Under the pieces are notes generated by a model. That model did not search any database. It had not been told where the DNA came from and saw nothing but the letters and a program-made list of their open reading frames with translations. From Ignavibacteriota bacterium (GTDB lineage Bacteria > Bacteroidota > Ignavibacteria > UBA10030 > UBA6906): 64,000 nt of DNA. The translations under genes and the position numbers were made by a program. Of the stretch, positions 40,766-53,949 are shown one piece after another. Location of the stretch: the NCBI GenBank assembly GCA_963808715.1, contig CAWEHG010000036.1:8391-72390 (forward strand), read 5' to 3'. Within the stretch, counting starts at the first letter, position 1. Each line of letters begins with the position of its first letter.

Positions 40766-41700
40766 TCAGATGATCCGTGTGCCCGCGCCGCCGTCGATCG
40801 CGTCGCGCAGGTGTTCGTGGTTCGTGATCAATGCCATCTTCCCCCCCGTTCGATGTAGAGGATCGCGGCGGCGATCTTCGGCCCCATACTCCCCGCCGGG
40901 AACTGCCCGTCGCGGAGCAGGCAGCGGGCCTGCTGCGCGGTCAGCTCTTCGATCTCCCGCTGCGTCGGCTTCTTGAAGTCCAGGCAGACCCGCGGAACGT
41001 CGGTGGCGATGGCGAAGACGTCGGCCTCCAGCTGGTTCGCGAGGATGGCGGAGGTGAGGTCCTTGTCGATCACCGCCTCCACCCCCTTGCTGATGTCGTG
41101 GTCGTTGAACACCGGGACACCGCCCCCCCCTGCCGCGATCACCACCAGTCCGCGGTCGACGCATGCCCGGATCGCCTCCAGCTCCACGATCTCCTGCGGG
41201 GCCGGCGAGGGGACCACCCGGCGGTAGCCGCGGGCCGAATCCTCCCGGATCACCCACCCGAAGAGGTCCCGGTAGCGGTCGGCGACGTCCTTTGTATAGA
41301 AGGGGCCCACCGGCTTCGTGGGGTTGGCGAATGCGGGGTCGGCGGCGTTGACGCGGACCTGGGTCATCAGGGTCACCACCGGCGTGTTGAGCCCCGCCAT
41401 CTGCATCGCCTGCCACATGGCGTATTGCAGCACGTAGCCGATCTCCCCCTGCGTCGCGGCCACACAGCAATCCAGCGGCATCCGGTAGGCGTGCGCCGCG
41501 GAGAGCTCCGTGCGGGTCAGCATGGCCCCCACCTGCGGGCCGTTGCCGTGGGTCAGGACGACCTGGTGGCCGGCCTTGATCAGCCCGACGACCGCGTTGG
41601 CGGTTTCTACGGCGTTCTCGAATTGTTCCTGTGCCGTCCCCTGCTGCCCTGCGCGGATAAGCGCATTGCCGCCGACGGCCACGAGCACCAGCTTGGGCAT
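40766..41700 (-). CDS. arcC: Carbamate kinase; 1 frame change near the 3' end
   Basis: ..LVLVAVGGNALI.., ..VVLTHGNGPQVG.., ..GYRRVVPSPAPQEIVELEAI.., ..VVIAAGGGGVPV.. The last ~23 codons (..MALITNHEHLRDAIDGGAGTRII*) lie in another frame (~40835). Confidence 0.85.
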
Positions 41701-41713
41701 TGTTCCCGCCGGG

Positions 41714-42670
41714 TCAGGTCCGGAGCAGTTCGAACATGATCGCCTTCTGAACGTGCAGGCGATTCTCGGCCTGCTGGAAGACCACGGAGTTCTTCGAGTC
41801 GATCACCTCGTCCGTGACCTCTTCTCCCCGGTGCGCGGGGAGGCAATGCATGAAGATCGCGTCCGGACGCGCGTTCGAAAAGAGCCCGGCATTCACCTGG
41901 TAGTCGCGGAAGATCACCCGCCGCTTCTCCGTTTCCGCTTCCTGTCCCATGCTGGCCCAGGTGTCGGTGTAGACCATGTCCGCGTCGCGCACCGCCTCGA
42001 CCGGGTCGGCGGTCCAGGTCACCGAGCCGCCGCTGTGCGAGCAGAGCTCCTGGCAGCGGGCGGTCACGCCGGCGTCCGGCCGATAACCTTCCGGTGTCCC
42101 GGAGACGAAGCGGGCCCCCAGCTTCGCCGCGGCCAGCATCAGCGAGTGGGTCACGTTGTTCCCGTCACCCACGTAGCAGAGCTTCAGCTTCTTCAGGTTC
42201 TTCTTGCACTCCACGACCGTCAGGAGATCCGCCATCGCCTGGCAGGGATGCTCGAAGTCGGTGAGCCCGTTGATCACCGGGATGCCGGCGTGGTGGGCCA
42301 GCGACGTGCAGATATCATGGCCGAACGTGCGGATCATGATCCCGTCCACCATCCGCTCCAGGTTCTTCGCCACGTCGAAGACCGACTCCCGCTTCCCCAG
42401 GTTGATGTCGGCCGGCGTGAGCAGCAACGAATCGCCGCCGAGCTGTTTGATCCCTACGGTGAATGTGGTGCGGGTGCGCAGCGACGGTTTTTCGAAGATC
42501 AACGCCATCATCTTCCCGTCCAGCGACTTCCGGTACCTCTTCGGGCTGGCCTTCATCGAACGGGCGAGGGCAAGGATGTTCCTGATCTCCGCCGGCGAGA
42601 GATCATCGACGGAAATGAAATCCCTCCCCCTCATCCCCCTGCGTGCGGGCTTGCGGGCCTTCGGCGACAT
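41714..42670 (-). CDS. argF: Ornithine carbamoyltransferase
   Basis: ATG 42670 (MSPKARK..). Motifs: FEKPSLRTRTTF (SxRTR), HPCQAMADLLT, YVGDGNNVTHSL, DMVYTDTWASMG and HCLPAHRGEEV. The gene is intact. Confidence 0.9.
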   Translation of the reverse strand: MSPKARKPARRGMRGRDFISVDDLSPAEIRNILALARSMKASPKRYRKSLDGKMMALIFEKPSLRTRTTFTVGIKQLGGDSLLLTPADINLGKRESVFDVAKNLERMVDGIMIRTFGHDICTSLAHHAGIPVINGLTDFEHPCQAMADLLTVVECKKNLKKLKLCYVGDGNNVTHSLMLAAAKLGARFVSGTPEGYRPDAGVTARCQELCSHSGGSVTWTADPVEAVRDADMVYTDTWASMGQEAETEKRRVIFRDYQVNAGLFSNARPDAIFMHCLPAHRGEEVTDEVIDSKNSVVFQQAENRLHVQKAIMFELLRT

Positions 42671-42959
42671 GGTCAGCTCCTTGTATGTGATCCGAAACGT
42701 CTGATGAACCCCTGTCGGCAGGAATATCGTCAAAATGTGTGCCCGTTGCCACTGAGGTTTAAACCACTTAGGCCCTGATTTCACGTGGAATGAGAACTTT
42801 TTTTCCTATCTATAAGAAAATGAAACCGTATTTCCGCGAAAGTGTGGTTATGCCCCATTTTGTTGCCGTTTTTGTCAGTTTCTGTGCATGGGGAATATGC
42901 AGAATGGCCGGCTTGCACCGGTGCGGAGGAGTTGCTAAGTTATGCACCGGAGGTGTTCT

Positions 42960-43836
42960 ATGCGGATCGTTTTTCAGGGGGTACACGGCGCGTACAGCGA
43001 AGCGGCCGCGCGGGCCATGTTCGGCGCACGACAACGGACCGTTCCCGTGGAAACCTTCGGACAGGCCTTCGCGGCCGTGGAGCGGGGAACCGCCGACCGG
43101 GCCGTCATCCCCATAGAGAATTCCCTCGCCGGCAGCATCCACGAGAACTACGACCTGCTCCTCTCGCACCCGCTGCAGATCGTGGGAGAGACCTTCCTCC
43201 GGATCGAACATGCCCTTCTGGGGCTCCCGGGGTCGACCGTTCGGACAGCTCACCGAGGTCCGGTCGCATCCCCAGGCCCTGTCGCAGTGCAGCGACTTTT
43301 TCCGTGCTCACCCCGGGATCCGCTCGGTCCCCTTCTTCGACACCGCCGGCGCGGCGCAGTGGCTGGCCGAATCGGGGGAAAAAACCATGGGGGCGATCGC
43401 GGGAAACCTGGCCGCGCGCATGTACGGACTGAAGACGCTGCGGAAGAACCTCGAGAACCGCCCGACCAACTATACGCGCTTCCTCGCACTCAGCAGAGAA
43501 CCGGCGCGCGCACCGCGTTCGGCCCGGCTCAAATGCAGCGTGGCCTTCCGGCCGAAGAAGAACCAGGTCGGCATCTTGTTCCGGATCCTCGGGGTCTTTG
43601 CGCTGCGCGACATCGATCTGGTGAAGATCGAATCCCGGCCCGATCCCTCCTCACCTTTTCAGTATCTCTTCTACGTCGACCTCGCCGGCGACCCGCGTGA
43701 TCCCGCGGTGGCTTCTGCACTCGGCCATCTGCAGGAGATGGCGGCGGACTACAGGTTCCTTGGAGCATACCCTTCCGGAGCCTATCCCCCCGGCTCACAC
43801 ACCCCCCGTTCGACGCGGGGGTCACGCCGCGGGTGA
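42960..43836 (+). CDS. pheA: Prephenate dehydratase (PDT + ACT domains, no chorismate-mutase domain); 1-2 frame changes
   Basis: The RBS GGAGG precedes ATG 42960. ..IVFQGVHGAYSEAAA.., ..AVIPIENSLAGSIHENYDLL.. Then, in ORF 43210..43836: ..VRSHPQALSQCSDFF.., ..NYTRFLAL.., and the ACT domain ..ILGVFALRDIDLVKIESRP.. Confidence 0.85.
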
Positions 43837-43858
43837 TCCTCCTCCCCGCTCTCCGTTC

Positions 43859-43913
43859 CTTGTTTCTCCCGTGTGATCTTCGTATTTTTGGGTACTCCGT
43901 ATCCATAGGATAC
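43859..43913 (+). promoter_or_regulatory. Bacteroidetes-type promoter candidate (-33 cTTG, -7 TATTTTTG) followed by the 15-bp palindrome GTATCCATAGGATAC, upstream of gcvP
   Basis: TATTTTTG at 43883-43890 matches TAnnTTTG exactly. CTTG at 43859-43862 lies 20 nt upstream of it. The palindrome is at 43899-43913, 32-46 nt before ATG 43945. Confidence 0.4.
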
Positions 43914-43944
43914 TTCGTATCCTTAAACCAGACCCAGCCCTCCC

Positions 43945-46813
<2,869 letters not shown>

Positions 46814-46879
46814 TGGTCTACGCTCCCCGCGGAGACGCGGAGGCGCGGAGTGATACTGTGGTCCGGAGAGCAAACGAAA

Positions 46880-46914
46880 GGCCGCGCCTGATGAAGGCGC
46901 GGCCGTCGTGTTTT
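46880..46914. terminator. Bidirectional rho-independent terminator between convergent gcvP and gcvH
   Basis: The stem is GGCCGCGCC (46880-46888) with loop TGATGAA and GGCGCGGCC (46896-46904). It is followed by GTCGTGTTTT on the + strand and by TTTCGTTTG on the - strand. Confidence 0.6.
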
Positions 46915-46939
46915 CGGTCGAACGGAGGAAACGCGGAAG

Positions 46940-47321
46940 TTATTTGCCGATGAGGGCCTTGTACGCCGCGGGATCGAGCAGCCGAATTCAGCTCAGCCGG
47001 GTTTGACAGCTTGATCTTGACCATCCACCCTTTGCCGTACGGCTCCTTGTTCACCAGTTCGGGCTCCGAGGCGATCCCCTTGTTCACTTCGGTCACCGTA
47101 CCGGAGACCGGCGCGTAGAGGTCCGACACCGCCTTCACCGCTTCGATCGTCCCGAAGCTCTCGCCGGCTTTCAGGGCTTTTCCCACCGCCGGCAGCTCGA
47201 CGAACACCACGTCGCCCAGCTCTCCCTGCGCATGTTCGGTGATCCCCACGGTCCCCGTGTCGCCCTGCACCAGCAGCCACTCGTGGTCTTTCGTGTACTT
47301 GAGGTTCTCTGGGAAGTTCAT
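46940..47321 (-). CDS. gcvH: Glycine-cleavage system H protein; 1 frame change near the 3' end
   Basis: ..[43 protein letters not shown].. contains the lipoyl-lysine context. The expected end, ..[13 protein letters not shown] (TAA 46940-46942), is reached after a slip at ~46965. Confidence 0.85.
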
Positions 47322-47339
47322 GATCGCATCCTTTCGGGT

Positions 47340-48685
<1,346 letters not shown>

Positions 48686-48687
48686 GA

Positions 48688-49211
48688 TCAGGATTTCTCG
48701 ATGAGGAAGAGCGGCTGGTCGTACTCGACCGGCTGTCCGTTTTCGACGAGGATCTTGAGAACCGTCCCCGCCACGTCGGATTCGATCTCGTTCATCAGCT
48801 TCATCGCCTCCACGATGCAGAGGACCGAACCCGCGGAGACGTGCTGGCCCACCTGGACGAACGAAGCGGCGTCGGGTGCCGGAGCCCTGTAGAACGTTCC
48901 GACGATGGGTGAGCGGACCTGGTGCGTGTTCGCCGCCGGAGCGGCGGGGACGGCCGGAGCGGCGGGGACCGCCGGAGCGGCGGGGGCGCGGGCGCCGAAA
49001 CCGCGGGGGCGGCGGAACCCGTCGGTGCGCCATAGACGGGGGCCGGTGGTGCGACAGGAGCGGGCGGGGCCAGGTAGGTCTGCACCGCCGCGGGGGCCGG
49101 CTTCTGATGCTTCGCCACCCGGACCTTCTTCCCCTCCTCCTCGATCTCGATCTCGTCGACGTCACTCTCCGACAACAGCTTCACGAGCTTCTTGACATAG
49201 TTCAGGTCCAT
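48688..49211 (-). CDS. accB: Biotin carboxyl carrier protein; at least 2 frame changes in the Pro/Ala linker
   Basis: [32 protein letters not shown].. (ATG 49211), followed by a Pro/Ala linker encoded by 18-bp repeats. The biotinyl domain ..[16 protein letters not shown].. and the end ..[14 protein letters not shown] (TGA 48688-48690) lie in other frames. Confidence 0.85.
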
Positions 49212-49231
49212 GGAGGCTCCGTTGTTGTGTA

Positions 49232-49795
49232 TCACGCCTTCACCCGCTCTATGTACCCCCCCGTCCTGGTATCGATCTTCACCGAGTCCCCCTCGTTGAT
49301 GAAGAGGGGAACGTTCACCGACGCCCCGGTCTCTACCTTCGCGGGTTTGGTGCCGGGGTTGGCACTGTCACCCTTCACCCCGGGGACCGTCTCGACCACC
49401 TTCAGCTCCACCGTGATCGGCATCTCAACACCCGTGATCTCCGACCCGTTGAACAGAATGTCGACGGACTCCCCCTCCTTCAGGAAGTGCGCCCCCTCCC
49501 CGATCGCCTCTTCGGAAACCGGGATCTGCTCGTAGGTCTCCTTCTCCATGAAGACGTAACCGGTCCCGTCATGATAGAGGAACTGGAACTCCTTCCGCTC
49601 GATCCGGATGATGTCGATGGCCTCCCCGGCACGGAACCGGTTCTCGATCACCTTGCCGCTGGCAAGGTTCTTGAGCTTCGTCCGAACGAATGCGCGCCAG
49701 TTTCCCGGGTTGACGTGCTGGAACTCAATGATCTGCCAGAGCTCGTTGTTGTATTTTATCACCAAACCGGGTCGAAAATCAGAAGTACTGGGCAT
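49232..49795 (-). CDS. efp: Elongation factor P
   Basis: ATG 49795 gives MPSTSDFRPGLVIKYNNELWQIIEFQHVNPGNWRAFVRTKLKNLASGKV.. The gene is intact at 187 aa, and the order efp-accB-accC is a classical one. Confidence 0.9.
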   Translation of the reverse strand: MPSTSDFRPGLVIKYNNELWQIIEFQHVNPGNWRAFVRTKLKNLASGKVIENRFRAGEAIDIIRIERKEFQFLYHDGTGYVFMEKETYEQIPVSEEAIGEGAHFLKEGESVDILFNGSEITGVEMPITVELKVVETVPGVKGDSANPGTKPAKVETGASVNVPLFINEGDSVKIDTRTGGYIERVKA

Positions 49796-49906
49796 AAATC
49801 CTTGAGTTTTTGCTAGAAATGCATGAGATAGGGGAGAAAATATACAGAGACGGGGTATGAAAGTCAAGCTATTGACTCTGAGAGCTATTCCTGCTACCGT
49901 TCACCC

Positions 49907-50245
49907 ATGAAGACCATCTCCGCCACGACTGTTGAATTACTCTTCGTTTGCGCGATCGTCGCAGCAGGGTGCGGCCTGGGAAGGGGCGGAACTCAGATAG
50001 ATGAAGAGACCCTGGCGACCGCCTACGCGGAGCTCGCGGTGACGGCGGAAGGGGACTCAGCCAGAGCTCACAGGGTCCTCGACTCCCTGGGACTTTCGCG
50101 CGAACAGTTCATCGCTGCTGTCAGCGAAAAGGCAGATAATCTGAAAGAATGGCAGGCCGTTCACGAAGCGGCCATGAGGAAGATGGATGTGGCTGCTCTA
50201 AGAGAAGACCGTCGGAGGGGGGTCTCTACTTCACCTCTCCAATAA
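49907..50245 (+). CDS. Small hypothetical lipoprotein
   Basis: Lipobox ..AIVAAGC.. in MKTISATTVELLFVCAIVAAGCGLG. The protein is 112 aa with no motif I recognise. Its 3' end overlaps the convergent purM by 20 nt. Confidence 0.45.
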   Translation: MKTISATTVELLFVCAIVAAGCGLGRGGTQIDEETLATAYAELAVTAEGDSARAHRVLDSLGLSREQFIAAVSEKADNLKEWQAVHEAAMRKMDVAALREDRRRGVSTSPLQ

Positions 50246-51221
50246 AGACCGGCCTCTCCCCCTTCTTTGCGAAGTGACCCGCGAGCCGATCCGCCTCTTT
50301 TTTCCCGACGATCACGACCAGCCCGATCCCCAGGTTGAACGTCTTCCGCATATCCTCCTCCGGAACGTCACCCACCTCCTGGATGAGCCTGAAGATCGCC
50401 GGGCGTTCCCACGACTCCCAGAAGATGTGCAGGCTCCGCCCGTGCGGGACCACCCTTCTCGTGTTCCCGACGATCCCGCCCCCCGTGATATGCGAAAGGC
50501 CATGGATATCGAAGCGGGTCAGGACCGGAGCGATGGCCGGGCGGTACGAACGGTGGACCGCCAGCAGGGCATCTCCCACCGTGGTCCCGAGCTCCGCGAC
50601 ATGCTCGTTCACGCCGAATTTTCCCAGCAGGACCGCCCTGGCCAGTGAATACCCGTTCGTATGGAGCCCGGTCGACGGCAGGCCGATGAGCAGATCCCCT
50701 TTTCGCACCTTGCGGCCGTCCACGATCCGGGAACGCTCCACGACCCCGACGATCGTGCCGGCGAGGTCGTACTCGTCGGGATCGTACATCCCGGGCATTT
50801 CCGCCGTCTCCCCGCCGATCAGGGAGCATTCGTTCTCGCGGCAGGCCTTCGCGAAGCCGCTGATGACCTGCGCCGCGGTCTCCTTGCGGAGCTTACCGGT
50901 GGCGAAGTAGTCCAGGAAATAGAGAGGCTTCGCCCCGCAGACGAGAATGTCGTTCACGCAGTGGTTCACCAGGTCCTGCCCGACCGTATCGTGGCGCCCC
51001 ATCATCTGCGCCACCATCAGTTTCGTTCCCACTCCGTCCACGCTCGAGACCAGGACCGGCGAGCGGTATCCCTTGAACCGGGCGCTGAAGAAGGCCCCGA
51101 ACGCACCCACGTCGCCGAGCACGCCGGGCCTGTAGGTGGACCGGACATCCTTTTTGATCTTTTCCACGAACTCCTCCCCTTCGTGGATGTTGACTCCGGC
51201 CTGTGCGTAGGTGATGGGCAT
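50226..51221 (-). CDS. purM: Phosphoribosylformylglycinamidine cyclo-ligase (AIR synthetase)
   Basis: ATG 51221 gives MPITYAQAGVNIHEGEEFV.., ..VSSVDGVGTKL.., ..DLVNHCVNDILVCGAKPLYFLDYFA.., ..LIGGETAEMPGMY.., ..GLHTNGYSL.. The gene is intact. Confidence 0.9.
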   Translation of the reverse strand: MPITYAQAGVNIHEGEEFVEKIKKDVRSTYRPGVLGDVGAFGAFFSARFKGYRSPVLVSSVDGVGTKLMVAQMMGRHDTVGQDLVNHCVNDILVCGAKPLYFLDYFATGKLRKETAAQVISGFAKACRENECSLIGGETAEMPGMYDPDEYDLAGTIVGVVERSRIVDGRKVRKGDLLIGLPSTGLHTNGYSLARAVLLGKFGVNEHVAELGTTVGDALLAVHRSYRPAIAPVLTRFDIHGLSHITGGGIVGNTRRVVPHGRSLHIFWESWERPAIFRLIQEVGDVPEEDMRKTFNLGIGLVVIVGKKEADRLAGHFAKKGERPVFIGEVK

Positions 51222-51421
51222 GACGGCTCCGAGCTGCGGACGTGGGACTGTCTGGGGCAGTAATGTATCGAAGCATGACGCGAGATGCAATGACGGGGCG
51301 CCGTGCCGGGAGCACCGTGCCGGTGCGAGCACCGTGCCGGGCGCGTGCCGCGCCGCCGTCACCCGTGAGCTCCCCCCACTTCGTCCTTGCAACCATCCGC
51401 CCCGGGTCCTATATTTCCTTC

Positions 51422-52073
51422 ATGAAAACCGTCCAGCTGGGCTCCACCGAGGTTCCCGCCGGAAAGCTCCTCTGCATCGGCCGGAACTACGCCGAACACG
51501 CTCGCGAGATGAAGGCCGAGATCCCCAGGGAACCGGTGGTCTTCCTCAAGCCGGCGTCGGCGATCATCGCTTCGGGCGAGACGATCGTCATCCCCCCGTT
51601 CTCCCAGCGACGTCCATCACGAAGTGGAGATGGTCGTCCTGATCGGGAAACAGGGGAAGAACATCGCCAGGGTGTCGGCCTTCGAGTACGTGGCGGGTTA
51701 CGCGGTCGGACTGGACATGACCCTGCGCGACATCCAGGCGGAGGCCAAGAAGAAGGGGTTGCCGTGGACGGTCGCCAAGGGGTTCGACACCTCCGCGCCG
51801 GTTTCCGCGTTCGTCCCGGCGGCGTCGATCCCCGATCCTCAGCGCCTTGACATCAGCCTGAGCGTGAACGGCACCGAACGCCAGCGAGGGTCAACGGCCG
51901 ACATGCTTTTTCCCGTCGACGTCCTCGTGGCGTACCTGTCGACGGTCTTCACGCTTGAGCCGGGCGACATGATCTTCACCGGCACACCCGAGGGGGTCGG
52001 CCCGGTGGTCACCGGCGACATGCTGGAGGCCTCGCTCGAATCCGTCGGGTCGCTCCTGGTGGGGGTACGCTGA
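51422..52073 (+). CDS. Fumarylacetoacetate hydrolase (FAH) family protein; 1 frame change
   Basis: MKTVQLGSTEVPAGKLLCIGRNYAEHAREM..EPVVFLKPASAII.., then (~51605) ..HEVEMVVLIGKQGKNI.., ..AGYAVGLDMTLRDIQ..KGLPWTVAKGFDTSAP.., ..PGDMIFTGTPEGVGPV.. Confidence 0.8.
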
Positions 52074-52096
52074 TCGGGACGGAGAACGGAGGGATC

Positions 52097-53907
52097 GTGC
52101 ACAGAAGGGTCGTCCCTGGAGCGGTGGTCCTGTTCCTTGTTGCCTTTGTCTCGTTCCGCACCGCGCCCGCCGACGATCCCCTTCCCCGCCAGACCGATGG
52201 CGCCCGCCCGGACGACGGTCCGGTCGGACGGGGGCTGGCGACCGGCCCCGAGCCGACCAGTGCGGAGCTCCTGCGCCGGACGATCACCGAATCCGTCTGG
52301 CCCACCGACGCCGGCCGCGTCGTCACCTCCACGTTCGGCGAGTTTCGCTCTTCCCACTTCCACGCCGGCATCGACATCAGCACCGACGTCACCGGGTACC
52401 GCGTGTTCGCCGCCCGTGACGGATACGTCTCCCGCATCAGCGTCTCCGCCCATGGCTACGGCAAGATGCTGGTGGTCACCCACCCCGACGGTTACTCGAC
52501 GTTGTACGCCCACCTGAGCGGTTTCGCGGGCGCCATCGCACCGGTCGTGCGCCGGCTCCAGGATTCGCTCGGACGCTACACCATGCGGAGGGAGTGCGCA
52601 CCCGGGGAGCTGCCCGTCACGAGGGGACAACTGATCGCGTACACCGGCGATACCGGCGTCGGCACGCCCCACCTGCATTTCGAGATCCGCGACGAACACG
52701 GGGATCCGGTCAATCCCCTTCAGTGCGAGGACTTCCAGACGGCCGATGATCTTGCCCCGATCATCAGCCGCGTCGCCGTGATCCCCATCGGCGAAAGCTC
52801 CACCGTGAACGGGGGGACCGCGCCGGTCCTCCTCCGGAACTCCGGCCGCTCGCGTGCCGGAGATCCGCCCGTCCGGATCGAGGGGCGCGCGGCATTCGCC
52901 GTGGAAGCGCGCGACCCGGTGAACGGCACCCACTTCCGGCGGAGCGCCTACCGGCACACGCTCACGATCGACGACCGGCTGTTCTTCGCCACCAGCCTCG
53001 ACCGCGTGGACGGCCGGTACCTGCAGCTCGTGAGTTATCACTACGACTGGCCCCTCTGGCACGAAGGATCCGGCAGGTACGAACGGCTGTTCGTCCCGGA
53101 CTCGCTGCACCTCCCTTCGGTCCGCGACGCGGGACCGGCCGACGGGATCATCGGCACCGGCCATCTCACGGCCGGCCTTCACCGGTACCGGATCGTGAGC
53201 GAGGATTTCAATGGGAACAGCTCCAGCGTCGAGGGGATGCTGCAGGTCGCACCGCGGGCGAACGACGGCGGACCCGGAGCCGCACCGTCCATGGCCACCC
53301 GATCCTCCCCGGGAGAGCCGGACGGTACGAATTCGACGGAGGGACGCTGGTCGTGGAGTTCGATTCCCTCTCGGTCTTTACGCCGGTCTCTCTGGAAGTG
53401 GAGCGGACCACCGCCGGCGGCGTCCCGTCGTACAGACTCGGCCCGGCCACGGCGATCCTTCGCGACGGGATCTCGGTGACACTCCGCTCGCCGGCAGTGA
53501 GCGCATCCACCGGGCTCTTTATCCGGCGCAGGAGGGGCTGGTCGCTGATCGGACGGCCGGGAGAGGACGGGGCCCTTCACGGACAGATCCACCGGGAGCT
53601 CGGCGAGATCACGGCGCTGGACGACGACACTCCTCCTTCGGTCAGCAGGCTCTCCGTCACCACGGCGCGCAGAGGTGTGCCGGTGGTGGCGTTCCGGTAC
53701 TCCGACGACCTGTCCGGCGTTGATTATGACGAGCTAAAGCTGTACCTTGACGGCACAGCGGTCATCCCCGAAGTGGATGGTGAGCACCGGCGCGTCCGGT
53801 ACCAGGCGGATTTGGCTCTCGCGTACGGGACCCACCTCGTATCCATCCGCCTCAAAGATCGACTGGGCAACCTCCGCACGCACGACCACCGCTTCGTCCT
53901 CCGCTAA
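52097..53907 (+). CDS. M23/LytM-family metallopeptidase with a long C-terminal extension; 1 frame change
   Basis: ..SSHFHAGIDIS.., ..THPDGYSTLYAHLS.., ..GDTGVGTPHLHFEIR.. ORF 52097..53479 joins ORF 53353..53907 near ~53330. Confidence 0.8.
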
Positions 53908-53949
53908 CACTGAAGTCTTTTCAGGCATCGTCACCTCAGGAGTCGCAGC

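Noticed and set aside
43837-43944. A glycine riboswitch might be expected in the gcvP leader.
   Set aside because: The leader is only 108 nt, and I could not find the conserved GGAGAG...CACCG/ACCGAAGG-type cores. A covariance-model scan would be needed to be certain.
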